Notes: generated by a model not told the origin, from the letters alone. 34,944 nt of DNA from Fidelibacterota bacterium (GCA_046861395.1 JBHHUC010000021.1:1-34944), one strand, 5' to 3'. Positions 9,201 to 17,885 are shown, counted from the first letter of the stretch. A program made the numbers and translations.

Positions 9201-9337
9201 CCACCGGTACCGGCAGTGAGGTCCAGCGTCCCCTGGCCACCGTTGTTGTTGGTGGCCTGATGACATCAACCATCCTGACTTTACTGGTCATTCCGGCCCT
9301 GTATAAATGGTTTGCGGTCGAGATCGCCAGAAAGTAA
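6242..9337 (+). CDS. czcA: CusA/CzcA-family heavy-metal efflux RND transporter
   Basis: 1031 aa; LPIDAFPDV, GLAPEEVE, SFGGLAIAIGMLVDGSVVIVEN, EGKTFRPLA, GFIALFGIALLNG, RFRPVLMTA, GSEVQRPLATVVVGGL. Confidence 0.95.
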   Translation: MKKIIQFVMTNRMLMLALGVLVLAFGYFSYRQLPIDAFPDVSPSLVQVFTVTEGLAPEEVEKYVTYPVEVAMNGLPNLDHIRSVSNFGLSVVNVYFKDGTDVYFARQLVNERLQEAREQIPEGFGEPEMGPISTGMGLILFYYLEDESGQYSLTELRTIQDWLIKTQLQTFPGVTEVLGIGGWEKHFQVTIDPAALLRYDVTVNDIVAKIEANNLNVGAQFIEKNSEEFLVRSVGLASRAEDIENIVIKAEDGVPIYLKQLADINIGGAIRRGVQTRNGVQEVVAGMVVKLFGTNSSTVIDAVEEKLAEINGILPEGIKLVPYYEQKTLVEASVSTVTDALLEGIILVAVILFVFLGAFRPSLVVAIAIPFSVLFAMIGMRFFGLSANLMSFGGLAIAIGMLVDGSVVIVENVDRMLHESDPKEPFIHIIARACMEVIKPITFAIMIIIVVFLPLFTLQGVEGKTFRPLAYTIAMAMFGALVFSVFITPALASVLMRRPKSPAADSEENNHPLVLRLLLKVYRPVVVFFVKMRSLAIALALALITVGIMIFPRLGSEFTPTLQEGTMLLRLTMSPSISLKESTQTTMMVERRLLEIPEVIGAVSRIGRGEVGAHSEPVNNAEMFVILKPKDQWRTQDQEELVQMIREELGNVPGVLTNFSQPIQATVDELISGIKAELAIKLFGDDLTTLKAKADEIVTVLQTVPGATEVQADQVFGRPQLQIRIDRHAISRYGINVEDVQQVVQTAVGGEKSGQIFEGIRRFDIYVRFAEAFRNTPEAIGNLLIQAPNGAMVPLAQLAVIDHVIGPRQIMRENNQRFITIQCNVADRDIGSFVAEAQAAIDASMELPPGYLISWEGQFRLQQEANKRLAVVIPITLLIIFMLLFSSFNSLKNTLLILLNIPLALVGGIVALWLSGQNLSVPASVGFIALFGIALLNGIVLVTYINQLVREGLDLDQACIRGALLRFRPVLMTALAAALGMIPLLLSTGTGSEVQRPLATVVVGGLMTSTILTLLVIPALYKWFAVEIARK

Positions 9338-9358
9338 TATTACGAGGAGTAAGACGAC

Positions 9359-9700
9359 ATGAAGTACGTACAAGCCTACATTAAACCGTATAAACTGAGC
9401 GCCGTAACCCTGGCGCTCCATGAAGTGAACGGATTGACCGGAATGAGTGTGACGGAGCTGAAGGGCTTCGGCCGGGGAAGGGCCAAGGATGCGCCCCACC
9501 GGATTCAGGATGAGCTGGTGGATTTTGTTCCCAACGTTAAGGTGGAAATTTTCTGTCGCGACGGGCTGGTGGAACAGGTCGTATCCACCATCCGGGAGGC
9601 GGCCCATACCGGGTTGCAGGGCGACGGTAAAATCTATGTCATACCGGCTACACAGGCCTACCGGATCCGGACAGGAGAGGAAGGCGACGCGGCCGTATAG
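9359..9700 (+). CDS. PII-family (GlnB-like) regulator within the metal-efflux operon
   Basis: AYIKPYKL..V..AL, GMSVTELKGFGRG, AAHTG.QGDGKIYVIP...AYRIRTGEEG. The T-loop lacks the Tyr51 equivalent. Confidence 0.9.
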   Translation: MKYVQAYIKPYKLSAVTLALHEVNGLTGMSVTELKGFGRGRAKDAPHRIQDELVDFVPNVKVEIFCRDGLVEQVVSTIREAAHTGLQGDGKIYVIPATQAYRIRTGEEGDAAV

Positions 9701-9709
9701 GTCCACCCA

Positions 9710-10597
9710 ATGAGTCATCATCACACCCATCACAATCACGGCGGGATAAAGAATATTAAAATTGCCTTCATTCTGAATTTATCCTTTACTGTAGTGGAAA
9801 TCATCGGCGGGATACTGACAAACAGCATTGCCATTATTTCCGATGCGCTGCACGATCTGGGCGACAGCCTGTCCCTGGGTTTGTCCTGGTATCTGGAAAA
9901 AGTATCGCAAAAACGCCGGGATCCCCGTTTCTCATTCGGGTACCGGCGTTTTTCCCTGCTGGGAGCCCTCATAAACAGTATCGTCCTGATTGGTGGGTCG
10001 GCCTTTGTCCTGACGGAGGCCATTCCTCGCCTGCTCCAGCCGGAAGCGGTGCACGTAAAGGGGATGTTGGGGTTGTCGATCTTCGGGATTCTCATCAATG
10101 GCATCGCCGCCTGGCGTATCAAGAGCGGGACTTCCATGAATGAAAAGGTCATCAGCTGGCATTTACTGGAAGATGTGCTGGGCTGGGTCGCCATTTTCAT
10201 CACCAGTCTGGTCATGCTAGTCTGGTCGGCGCCGATTCTCGATCCCGTCCTGTCCATTCTGATCACGGCTTTCGTGCTGTTCAATGTCGTGAAACGACTG
10301 TTGGAAACGTTGAAGATCTTTCTGCAGGCCATACCGCCGGACGTGGATATTCAGGCCCTGGAACAGGCCATCGTAAACCTGGAAGAAGTCCAGTCTGTAC
10401 ATGATACACATATTTGGTCTCTGGACGGGGAGTACACCATCATGTCCCTGCATATTGTGGTTGCGACTGATCTCCCGGCGCAGGATTATGGCCCCGTGAA
10501 GCAAAGGATCAGGGCTTTATGTCAGCAATCGCATTTGCATCATGTGACCATTGAAATCGAGCAGGAAGACGAGGACTGCGACCTGGATGATTGTTAG
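9710..10597 (+). CDS. czcD: Cation diffusion facilitator (CzcD/ZitB-like)
   Basis: His-rich N-terminus; SDALHDLGD, FSFGYRR, HLLEDVLGW, VHDTHIWSLDG, HHVTIEIE. Confidence 0.92.
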   Translation: MSHHHTHHNHGGIKNIKIAFILNLSFTVVEIIGGILTNSIAIISDALHDLGDSLSLGLSWYLEKVSQKRRDPRFSFGYRRFSLLGALINSIVLIGGSAFVLTEAIPRLLQPEAVHVKGMLGLSIFGILINGIAAWRIKSGTSMNEKVISWHLLEDVLGWVAIFITSLVMLVWSAPILDPVLSILITAFVLFNVVKRLLETLKIFLQAIPPDVDIQALEQAIVNLEEVQSVHDTHIWSLDGEYTIMSLHIVVATDLPAQDYGPVKQRIRALCQQSHLHHVTIEIEQEDEDCDLDDC

Positions 10598-10739
10598 TCG
10601 CAAATCAGATTCGGATGGGCTCCGGATTCCGCCCCCTTCACCCTGAACCCGCCCCGGTCTATCCCCGTAAAATATATTTGAAAATGATGCGTTATTTTAT
10701 TTAAAACGTTACCGGGAAATTGGTATATTTAACCCGGTA

Positions 10740-10759
10740 TTAAGATAAATATATCTTAA
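10740..10759. promoter_or_regulatory. Perfect 8-4-8 inverted repeat upstream of the nos cluster (candidate operator)
   Basis: TTAAGATA-AATA-TATCTTAA in the AT-rich intergenic region 73 nt before ATG 10833. Confidence 0.55.
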
Positions 10760-10832
10760 ATTCCGTAAGTAGGCGTTTCTGCAGGAGAAAACTGCGGATT
10801 CCAGTATTTTTTGAATGAAGAAGGAGTAAAAA

Positions 10833-11405
10833 ATGAAAAAGTGTTTTCCCTTTTTCCTGATTGTGGGGGTGGGACTTTTCCTCACGTCCTGCGGTAAGAA
10901 GGCCGAAACATCCGCCGCGCCGGGGGCCGGACTGGAAAAAAATACACCGCTTGGCCAGGCCAGCGTTGTGGATAACGAATCTGAAAAAGATATTCTGAAA
11001 ACAGCCATGGGCTCCAAGGACCACACCACCTTGGTCGCCGCGGTTCAGGCGGCTCATATTGAGCACGTGCTGGCCAATGCGGGACCGCTGACGGTCTTTG
11101 CGCCTGTGAATTCGGCGTTTGACGCCTTACCGGAAGGGACCCTGGACTATTTATTGCAACCGGAACACGTGGACGAATTAGCCACCATTTTGACACGCCA
11201 TGCAGCGCCGGGATCCTATGACATCCCGAAACTGAAGAAAGAAGCCCGCAAGGGACGGAAACTATACATGGCGACGGGTGATTATTTGAAAGTAACTTCC
11301 GAAGGTGATGATGTGTTTGTAAATGGAACCAAAGTTTTGGCTTCCATCCAAACGTCCAACGGGGTCATCAATGTGATTGATCAAGTGATTTTACCGAAGG
11401 AATAA
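10833..11405 (+). CDS. Fasciclin (FAS1)-domain lipoprotein
   Basis: Lipobox FLTSC; HTTLVAAVQAA, GPLTVFAPVNSAF and SNGVINVIDQVILP FAS1 H1/H2 motifs; RBS AAGGAG. Confidence 0.9.
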   Translation: MKKCFPFFLIVGVGLFLTSCGKKAETSAAPGAGLEKNTPLGQASVVDNESEKDILKTAMGSKDHTTLVAAVQAAHIEHVLANAGPLTVFAPVNSAFDALPEGTLDYLLQPEHVDELATILTRHAAPGSYDIPKLKKEARKGRKLYMATGDYLKVTSEGDDVFVNGTKVLASIQTSNGVINVIDQVILPKE

Positions 11406-11409
11406 ACGA

Positions 11410-11871
11410 ATGAAACAAGTTTCTCTCTGGGCAGGACTGGCACTCATGCTGGTCATGCTGGGCTGTTCCGGCAAGACGGACGAAAAAGCCAGCGCTGCCA
11501 CTCCCGCGACTACGACCACCTTGGATCCCATGCAGGATAAAGGTGTTGGTCCCGTAACCCAGGTCGACATCCCGGCCACCGTTGATCCGGAAATGGCCGT
11601 TTTAGGCGATACGTTATTTGTGAATAAATGTACGGCCTGTCATAAAATGGATACCCGGAAGATCGGTCCACCGCTGGTAGGTGTGACCAAACGCCGGACG
11701 CCGGAATGGATTATGAATATGATTCTCAATCCGGAAAAGATGGTCGTGGAAAACGAAGCAGCTAAAAAGCTGTTAATGGAATATATTGCACCCATGGCCA
11801 ACCAGTCTCTGAAAGAAGAAGAGGCCCGTGCCATCTTAGAATATTTTCGGTCGGTTGACGCCGAACAATAA
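11410..11871 (+). CDS. Monoheme cytochrome c lipoprotein (NosC-type)
   Basis: Lipobox MLGC; CTACH; IGPPL.GV..RR.PEWIMNMILNP; distal Met in APMANQ; directly upstream of nosZ. Confidence 0.9.
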   Translation: MKQVSLWAGLALMLVMLGCSGKTDEKASAATPATTTTLDPMQDKGVGPVTQVDIPATVDPEMAVLGDTLFVNKCTACHKMDTRKIGPPLVGVTKRRTPEWIMNMILNPEKMVVENEAAKKLLMEYIAPMANQSLKEEEARAILEYFRSVDAEQ

Positions 11872-11900
11872 AACTAATCAAGGAATAAAGGAGTCAGATA

Positions 11901-13859
11901 ATGAAAACAATTAAAGTTGTCATCAGTACCCTCAGCCTGGCACTCCTCTTTACCGCCTGTGGATCGAACAATGGCGGAAATGCAGGTGGCGCACTGGTGG
12001 GGGATATTGCTTCCAAGGTTTATGTTCCACCGGGGGAAAAAGACGAATTTTACGCCTTTGTCTCAGGGGGGTTCAGCGGACAGCTGGCCATTCACGGTTT
12101 ACCGTCAGGACGCCTGTTTAAGATTATTCCGGTGTTTTCCGTCGACGGTGAAAAAGCATACGGGTTTAACGAAGAAACCAAGCCCATGCTCAATACGTCC
12201 TACGGCTTCATCCCCTGGGGCGATGCCCACCATCCCGACCTGTCCCAGACCAATGGTGTCATTGACGGACGCTGGTGTTTCATCAATGAAAATAACACAC
12301 CCCGCGTGGCCCGTATCGATTTGAAAACATTCGAAACGGTGGAAATCATCGAATTGCCCAATTCGGCCGGAAACCACAGTTCGCCCTACGTGACCGATAA
12401 TACGGAATATGTGGTGGCGGGAACCCGGTTTGCTGTTCCGGTACCGCAGCGCGACATGCCCATCAAGGATTACAAGGGGAATTTCAAGGGTGTCTTATCC
12501 TTCCTGAAAGTGGATCCGGAAGACGGTGGAATGGATCTGGCCTTCCAGATCATGATGCCGGGGTTCGATTATGATAAAGCCCATCCCGGTCGGGGAAAAT
12601 CCCATGGCTGGTTCTTCTTCACCACCTACAATGTGGAAGAATCCAATACCCTCCTGGAAGTGAATGCTTCCCAGCGGGATAAGGATTATATTGCCGCCAT
12701 TAACTGGAAAAAAGCGGAAGAATATATCAAGCAAGGGAAATACAAGACGCTGAAATCAAACTATGTTCGCAATGTCTACGATGAATCCACACAGATGGCC
12801 ACCTCCACCATGCTGCATGATGTGAAAATTCTGGATCCGGCGGAATGTCCTGGCCTAGCCTATTTCCTGCCCACCCCGAAATCACCCCATGGTTGCGATG
12901 TGGATCCCTCCGGTGAATACATTGTCGGCAGCGGAAAACTGTCCGCCAACGTAACGGTCCATTCCTTTACGAAAATGCTGGATGCCATTGAGAACAAGAA
13001 GTTTGATGGCGAAGCGTACGGCATTCCTGTCCTTAACTTTGAAGATGTTCTGGCCGGGGAAGTGAAACAGCCCGGTCTGGGACCGCTGCACACGGAATTT
13101 GACGGCAAAGGTTATGCTTACACCTCCTTCTTCATTTCATCGGAAGTGGTGAAATGGAAACTGGGGACCTGGGAAGTGGTCGATCGTAAGCCCACCTTCT
13201 ATTCCATCGGACATTTGATGATTCCCGGCGGAAACTCCCAGCAACCCTTCGGAAAATATCTGGTGGCCATGAATAAAATCACCAAGGACCGCTTCCTGCC
13301 CACGGGTCCGGAGGTCTGTCAGTCGGCCCAGTTATATGACATTTCCGGGGATAAAATGGAATTGTTACTGGACTTTCCCACCATGGGTGAGCCGCATTAC
13401 GCCGCCGGAGCACCTGCCGATTTGATTTCACCCAATTCCCAGAAAATCTATAAACTGGAAGACAATAACCATCCTTACGCCACCAAGAGTGAAAAAGCCA
13501 CTAAAGTGGTACGGGACGGACGTGATGTGCATATTTATATGACTACCATCCGCAGCCACTTTGCCCCGGACAATATTGAAGGTGTCAAGGTCGGCGATAA
13601 GGTATACTTCCATGTTACCAACCTGGAACAGGATTACGACGTTCCTCATGGCATCAGCATGATCGGAGCCAATACATCCGAACTGCTCATTATGCCGGGA
13701 CAGACCGAAACACTGGTGTGGGAACCAAAGACACCCGGTGTCTGGCCGTTCTACTGTACCGATTTCTGTTCCGCCCTGCATCAGGAAATGCAAGGCTATG
13801 TCCGCGTCTCTCCCCGGGATTCGGATATTAAACTGAGCTGGTCCCTGGACGACGAATAA
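11901..13859 (+). CDS. nosZ: Sec-dependent (clade II) nitrous-oxide reductase, lipoprotein
   Basis: Lipobox LFTAC with no twin-Arg motif; CuZ His motifs DAHH, GNH, SPHG, GPLH, SIGH, EPH; CuA motif VPHG...CTDFCSALHQEM; no fused C-terminal cytochrome c. Confidence 0.97.
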   Translation: MKTIKVVISTLSLALLFTACGSNNGGNAGGALVGDIASKVYVPPGEKDEFYAFVSGGFSGQLAIHGLPSGRLFKIIPVFSVDGEKAYGFNEETKPMLNTSYGFIPWGDAHHPDLSQTNGVIDGRWCFINENNTPRVARIDLKTFETVEIIELPNSAGNHSSPYVTDNTEYVVAGTRFAVPVPQRDMPIKDYKGNFKGVLSFLKVDPEDGGMDLAFQIMMPGFDYDKAHPGRGKSHGWFFFTTYNVEESNTLLEVNASQRDKDYIAAINWKKAEEYIKQGKYKTLKSNYVRNVYDESTQMATSTMLHDVKILDPAECPGLAYFLPTPKSPHGCDVDPSGEYIVGSGKLSANVTVHSFTKMLDAIENKKFDGEAYGIPVLNFEDVLAGEVKQPGLGPLHTEFDGKGYAYTSFFISSEVVKWKLGTWEVVDRKPTFYSIGHLMIPGGNSQQPFGKYLVAMNKITKDRFLPTGPEVCQSAQLYDISGDKMELLLDFPTMGEPHYAAGAPADLISPNSQKIYKLEDNNHPYATKSEKATKVVRDGRDVHIYMTTIRSHFAPDNIEGVKVGDKVYFHVTNLEQDYDVPHGISMIGANTSELLIMPGQTETLVWEPKTPGVWPFYCTDFCSALHQEMQGYVRVSPRDSDIKLSWSLDDE

Positions 13860-13891
13860 GCAGGCTCGAGCCCTTGGGCTCATAACACTCA

Positions 13892-13918
13892 GGGGAGCGG
13901 AGTTACCCTCCGCTCCCC
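13892..13918 (+). other. Strong GC hairpin after nosZ without U-tract (mRNA stabiliser or attenuator candidate)
   Basis: GGGGAGCGGAG-TTACC-CTCCGCTCCCC (11-bp perfect stem), preceded by the smaller GAGCCC-TT-GGGCTC (13868-13881). Confidence 0.6.
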
Positions 13919-14000
13919 AACCCGACGCAAGGCCGAAGCTGACGTCTTCTGATTGAATTCACTCGTATAAACCCGGCCGGATTGAATCCGGACCGCTGGA

Positions 14001-14582
14001 ATGATCATGTTAAAACTGAAAAAACACCAAAAATTCATGCTGGCTGGAGCCCTGTTACTGCTGCCGCTGTATTTTCTTCCGCTCTGGAAAATTACCTTAC
14101 AAGCTCCCCAATACCCCATCCCGCTGGGGATTAAGATCTATGTCAATCACCTGGCCGGTGTCCATGAAGGCGATATTAAAAATATCGATTTGCTAAATCA
14201 TTATATCGGCATGGACAGCTTGCCCAAGGAGATGATTGAATTTGTCATTTTTCCCATCGTCATCGGCGTGCTGGCTGTGCTGGCCATCCTGGTTGCCCTG
14301 AGCGGGAAACGGAACCTCTATCTCTTCTGGTTCGTTCTTATCGGCCTGTTCGGCATTGCCGGTTTTTATGATTTTTATTATTGGCTCTATGAATACGGGC
14401 ACAATCTGAATCCCAAGGCGGCTATAAAAATTCCCGGACAGATGTATCAGCCGCCCATTTTCGGCATTAAGCATATTATGAATTTCCGAGTAGCCTCCTA
14501 TCCGGCCAGCGGTGCTTACAGCCTGTTTGCCGGGATTCTCCTGTCTCTGGTGGCCTGGTTCAGTGCCAAAAAATCCGGGTAA
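14001..14582 (+). CDS. nosB: NosB-like membrane protein of clade II nos clusters
   Basis: PLWKITLQAPQYP, IDLLNHYIGM, WLYEYGHNLNP.A.I...YQPPIFG motifs; about 4 TM; follows nosZ. Confidence 0.8.
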   Translation: MIMLKLKKHQKFMLAGALLLLPLYFLPLWKITLQAPQYPIPLGIKIYVNHLAGVHEGDIKNIDLLNHYIGMDSLPKEMIEFVIFPIVIGVLAVLAILVALSGKRNLYLFWFVLIGLFGIAGFYDFYYWLYEYGHNLNPKAAIKIPGQMYQPPIFGIKHIMNFRVASYPASGAYSLFAGILLSLVAWFSAKKSG

Positions 14583-14586
14583 GTTC

Positions 14587-15036
14587 ATGTTGCGGCATCT
14601 GTGGTGGCTGGTAATGGTGCTGGGGTTGTTCAGTGCCTGTTCCATTGAAAAAAGAGACATTCGGTATGGAACGGAAGCCTGCGAATTCTGTAAAATGATC
14701 ATTGTCAATCAGCAGTTCGCCACCGAATTGGTAACCAAAAAGGGTAAAGTACACGTGTATGATTCCATCGAATGTCTGTTAAACGACCGGTCGCACCGGG
14801 GGTGGGACGATGTGGCCCTGATTTATGTCAGCGATTACACTTCTCCGGGAACTCTCATTGCGGCCGAATCTAGTTTCTTTCTCCAGTCGGAAAATATTCC
14901 CAGTCCCATGGGAGAGAACCTGAGCGCCTTCCCGCAGGAAGAACCCGCCCGGCGTATGCAGACGGAAAAAGGGGGCACCCTGTATCATTGGCCGGAACTG
15001 ATACAAAAATACGAATCCACCCCTGCGGCGAATTAA
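14587..15036 (+). CDS. nosL: NosL copper chaperone lipoprotein
   Basis: Lipobox FSAC from ATG 14587; CEFCKM, YDSIEC, PSPMG. Confidence 0.9.
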   Translation: MLRHLWWLVMVLGLFSACSIEKRDIRYGTEACEFCKMIIVNQQFATELVTKKGKVHVYDSIECLLNDRSHRGWDDVALIYVSDYTSPGTLIAAESSFFLQSENIPSPMGENLSAFPQEEPARRMQTEKGGTLYHWPELIQKYESTPAAN

Positions 15037-15103
15037 CATGATTTTCCCCTTTTACCTCGTTTCGAGCCGGAAGCGCTAACCCTTTTTCGGCCCCATCCCC
15101 GTC

Positions 15104-16339
15104 ATGAAAACCGGCGTTGTCCCCTTTCTGATCATTACCATTACCGTACTTGGTGCGGAGCAGGTGGTTTGTCCCAGCTGTATGCAGACCAGTATTAAGG
15201 CGGCCGTGGCACAGGCCCAATCCGGGGATACGATCCGTGTGCAAGCCGGGCAATATGATGAATGGGACATTGTCATTGATAAACCGCTGGTTCTCCTGGG
15301 CCAAGGCGCCACCATCGATGCCAATCGCAAGGGCGGCATTTTCGAAGTCCTGGCCGACAGTGTAACACTGTCCGGTTTTAATCTGGAACGGACGGAAATC
15401 AGTTTTACCAAAGATATTGCCGCCATCTATGGTTACCGAATGCATGATTTTACCTTCGAAAATCTGACCATCAATGATGCCCAGTTTGCCTTTTTGATCC
15501 ATAAATCCAGCCGCGGCATTATCCGGAATAATACGATATCGGGAGAAACGCGGACCGAAGCCACCGGTGGCAACGGCATTCATCTCTGGTATTCCAACCA
15601 GGTTGAAATCACCGGTAATTCGGTGACGGGAATGCGGGACGGTATCTATTTCGAATTTGTGGAGAACAGTGTCATTGCCGATAATCACAGCCATCACAAT
15701 GTGCGATACGGACTTCATTTCATGTTTTCCAATCATAACACGTACACCCGCAATCGATTTGAGGAAAACGGGGCCGGTGTGGCGGTGATGTTTTCCCGGG
15801 ATATTGTCATGGAAGACAACCTGTTTCGTCATAACTGGGGTACGGCGGCCTACGGACTATTATTAAAGGAAATCTATGATGGAAAAATTACCAGCAACCG
15901 GTTTATCCAGAATACCATCGGCATCAATGTGGAAGGATCATCCCGGGTGGAATACCGCTACAATACCCTGGAAAAAAACGGCTGGGGCGTGAAGGTGACC
16001 GGCGGCTGTTATGACAATGAATTCACGCGCAATGATTTTCTCAACAATACCTTCGATGTGTCCTATTTCGGTACCCTGAACAGTAATTCCTTCAACGGCA
16101 ATCACTGGAGCGATTATACCGGCTATGATCTCAACCATGACGGCGTAGGCGATATTCTTTACCGACCCATTAAATTGTTTTCCCATATTGTCAGCCAGGC
16201 TCCGGAAGCCATCATCCTGGTACGCAGTCTTTTTGTGGATATTGTGAATTATTCTGAAAAAGTCACTCCCGTTTTCACCTCCAGTGCCGTGAAGGATGAC
16301 ACGCCTGTCATGTCCGTCATCAATGGAGACCGGCCATGA
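15104..16339 (+). CDS. nosD: NosD maturation protein (parallel beta-helix)
   Basis: GNGIHLW, RDGIYFEF, RYGLHFMFS, GNHWSDY.GYDLN.DG.GD. Confidence 0.93.
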   Translation: MKTGVVPFLIITITVLGAEQVVCPSCMQTSIKAAVAQAQSGDTIRVQAGQYDEWDIVIDKPLVLLGQGATIDANRKGGIFEVLADSVTLSGFNLERTEISFTKDIAAIYGYRMHDFTFENLTINDAQFAFLIHKSSRGIIRNNTISGETRTEATGGNGIHLWYSNQVEITGNSVTGMRDGIYFEFVENSVIADNHSHHNVRYGLHFMFSNHNTYTRNRFEENGAGVAVMFSRDIVMEDNLFRHNWGTAAYGLLLKEIYDGKITSNRFIQNTIGINVEGSSRVEYRYNTLEKNGWGVKVTGGCYDNEFTRNDFLNNTFDVSYFGTLNSNSFNGNHWSDYTGYDLNHDGVGDILYRPIKLFSHIVSQAPEAIILVRSLFVDIVNYSEKVTPVFTSSAVKDDTPVMSVINGDRP

Positions 16340-17043
16340 TTGTAATCAACGATTTACGGAAGCGATTCGGAAAAATTACGGCCCTGGCGGGACTGAATAT
16401 TGACATTGACACTGACGGTGTTTTCGCCGTATTAGGACCCAACGGATCGGGAAAAACAACATTGATTAAATGTATCCTGGGAATGGTGATTCCCGATCAA
16501 GGCTCCATTCGCATCGGTGATGAAAACATCCTGGGACAGTGGGCCTACCGGGAGAAGATTGCCTACATGCCCCAAAGTGCTAATTTTCCTCCCAATTTGA
16601 AGGTGTCGGAACTCATTCGTATGATCAAAGCCTTTCGCACCGAAGCCCAGCATGAAGAAGAATTGATTACCCGGTTCCAGCTGGACGATTCACTGGAAAA
16701 GAAAATCGGCAATTTATCCGGCGGAACCCGGCAGAAGGTCAATATTGTTTTAACCTTTATGCTGGATGCTCCCCTGATTATCCTGGATGAACCTACTTCG
16801 GGCTTGGATCCCGTGGCTCTCATGCATCTGAAGGAATTGATTCTGGCTGAACGACAAAAGGGTAAGACTGTACTGGTCACATCCCACAGCATGTCATTTG
16901 TCAATGATGTTTCTGAAGAAATTGTCTTTCTGTTGGAAGGACGGATTCATTTCCGGGGTTCCATTGCTCAACTGAAGGAAAGGACGCATCAGAAAGAGCT
17001 GGAACCAGCCATCGTGACATTATTGCAGGGCCGCAATGTATAA
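16336..17043 (+). CDS. nosF: NosF ABC ATPase
   Basis: Walker A GPNGSGKTT; LSGGTRQK; ILDEPTSGLDP; ATGA overlap with nosD. Confidence 0.9.
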   Translation: MIVINDLRKRFGKITALAGLNIDIDTDGVFAVLGPNGSGKTTLIKCILGMVIPDQGSIRIGDENILGQWAYREKIAYMPQSANFPPNLKVSELIRMIKAFRTEAQHEEELITRFQLDDSLEKKIGNLSGGTRQKVNIVLTFMLDAPLIILDEPTSGLDPVALMHLKELILAERQKGKTVLVTSHSMSFVNDVSEEIVFLLEGRIHFRGSIAQLKERTHQKELEPAIVTLLQGRNV

Positions 17044-17818
17044 AATCCTGAAATACAGCTTCCTTGACCTGATTCGCAGCCATTGGAGTACCGTCTATTT
17101 CCTCTTCTATCTCGTCATCGGATTTCTCCTCCTTTTCATCAACAATGATTTATCCAAAGCGATTATCACGTTGCTGAATATCATTATTGTACTCACACCT
17201 CTGACCGGAACTCTCCTGGGCGTCATGTATTATTACCATTCCCGGGAATTCACTGAATTATTACTGGCCCAGCCGCTCCAGCGGCGCACTATCTTCCTGG
17301 GTCAATACCTGGGCCTTTCCATTTCCCTCACCTCCAGCGTTTGTCTGGGGCTGGGCATACCCTTCCTGGCCTACGGTCTGGTTTATTCCAGCGAAATATT
17401 CAATTTCCTGTCCCTGCTGGTGGTGGGCGCCTTGCTGTCCTTTATTTTTACGGCCCTGGCCCTGAACATTGCCATCAAGAATGATGACCGGATTAAAGGT
17501 TTCGGTTTTGCCATCCTGGTCTGGCTCTTCCTGGCGGTAATCTATGACGGCCTGTTTTTGGTCTCCCTGGTCAGCCTGGCTGACTATCCCCTGGAAAAAT
17601 TGGCCCTGGGCGCCACGGTTTTCAATCCCATTGATTTATCGCGGATTTATATTGTTCTGAAGCTGGATATTGCCGCTTTACTGGGCTATACCGGGGCCGT
17701 CATGAATTCATTCTTCGGGAGTTTTTACGGAAAATTCATATCTTTCGGCCTTCTGCTCTTATGGGTGGTGCTGCCGACGCTCCACCTCATCCGCAGTGCC
17801 CGGCGGAAGGATTTCTAG
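17036..17818 (+). CDS. nosY: NosY ABC permease
   Basis: Multi-TM; EFTELLLAQPL.R, NPIDLSRI, ALLGYTGA; overlaps nosF. Confidence 0.9.
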   Translation: MYKILKYSFLDLIRSHWSTVYFLFYLVIGFLLLFINNDLSKAIITLLNIIIVLTPLTGTLLGVMYYYHSREFTELLLAQPLQRRTIFLGQYLGLSISLTSSVCLGLGIPFLAYGLVYSSEIFNFLSLLVVGALLSFIFTALALNIAIKNDDRIKGFGFAILVWLFLAVIYDGLFLVSLVSLADYPLEKLALGATVFNPIDLSRIYIVLKLDIAALLGYTGAVMNSFFGSFYGKFISFGLLLLWVVLPTLHLIRSARRKDF

Positions 17819-17885
17819 GCCTCACAGACTCTCCGTTTCATTCATCCGGCCCACCGCGTAAATTCCGGTTATCCTACCAGGAGGA

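Noticed and set aside
15038..15079. In-frame upstream ATG with TAA before nosD (readthrough or truncation)
   Set aside because: ATG 15104 already gives a plausible signal peptide and full-length NosD.
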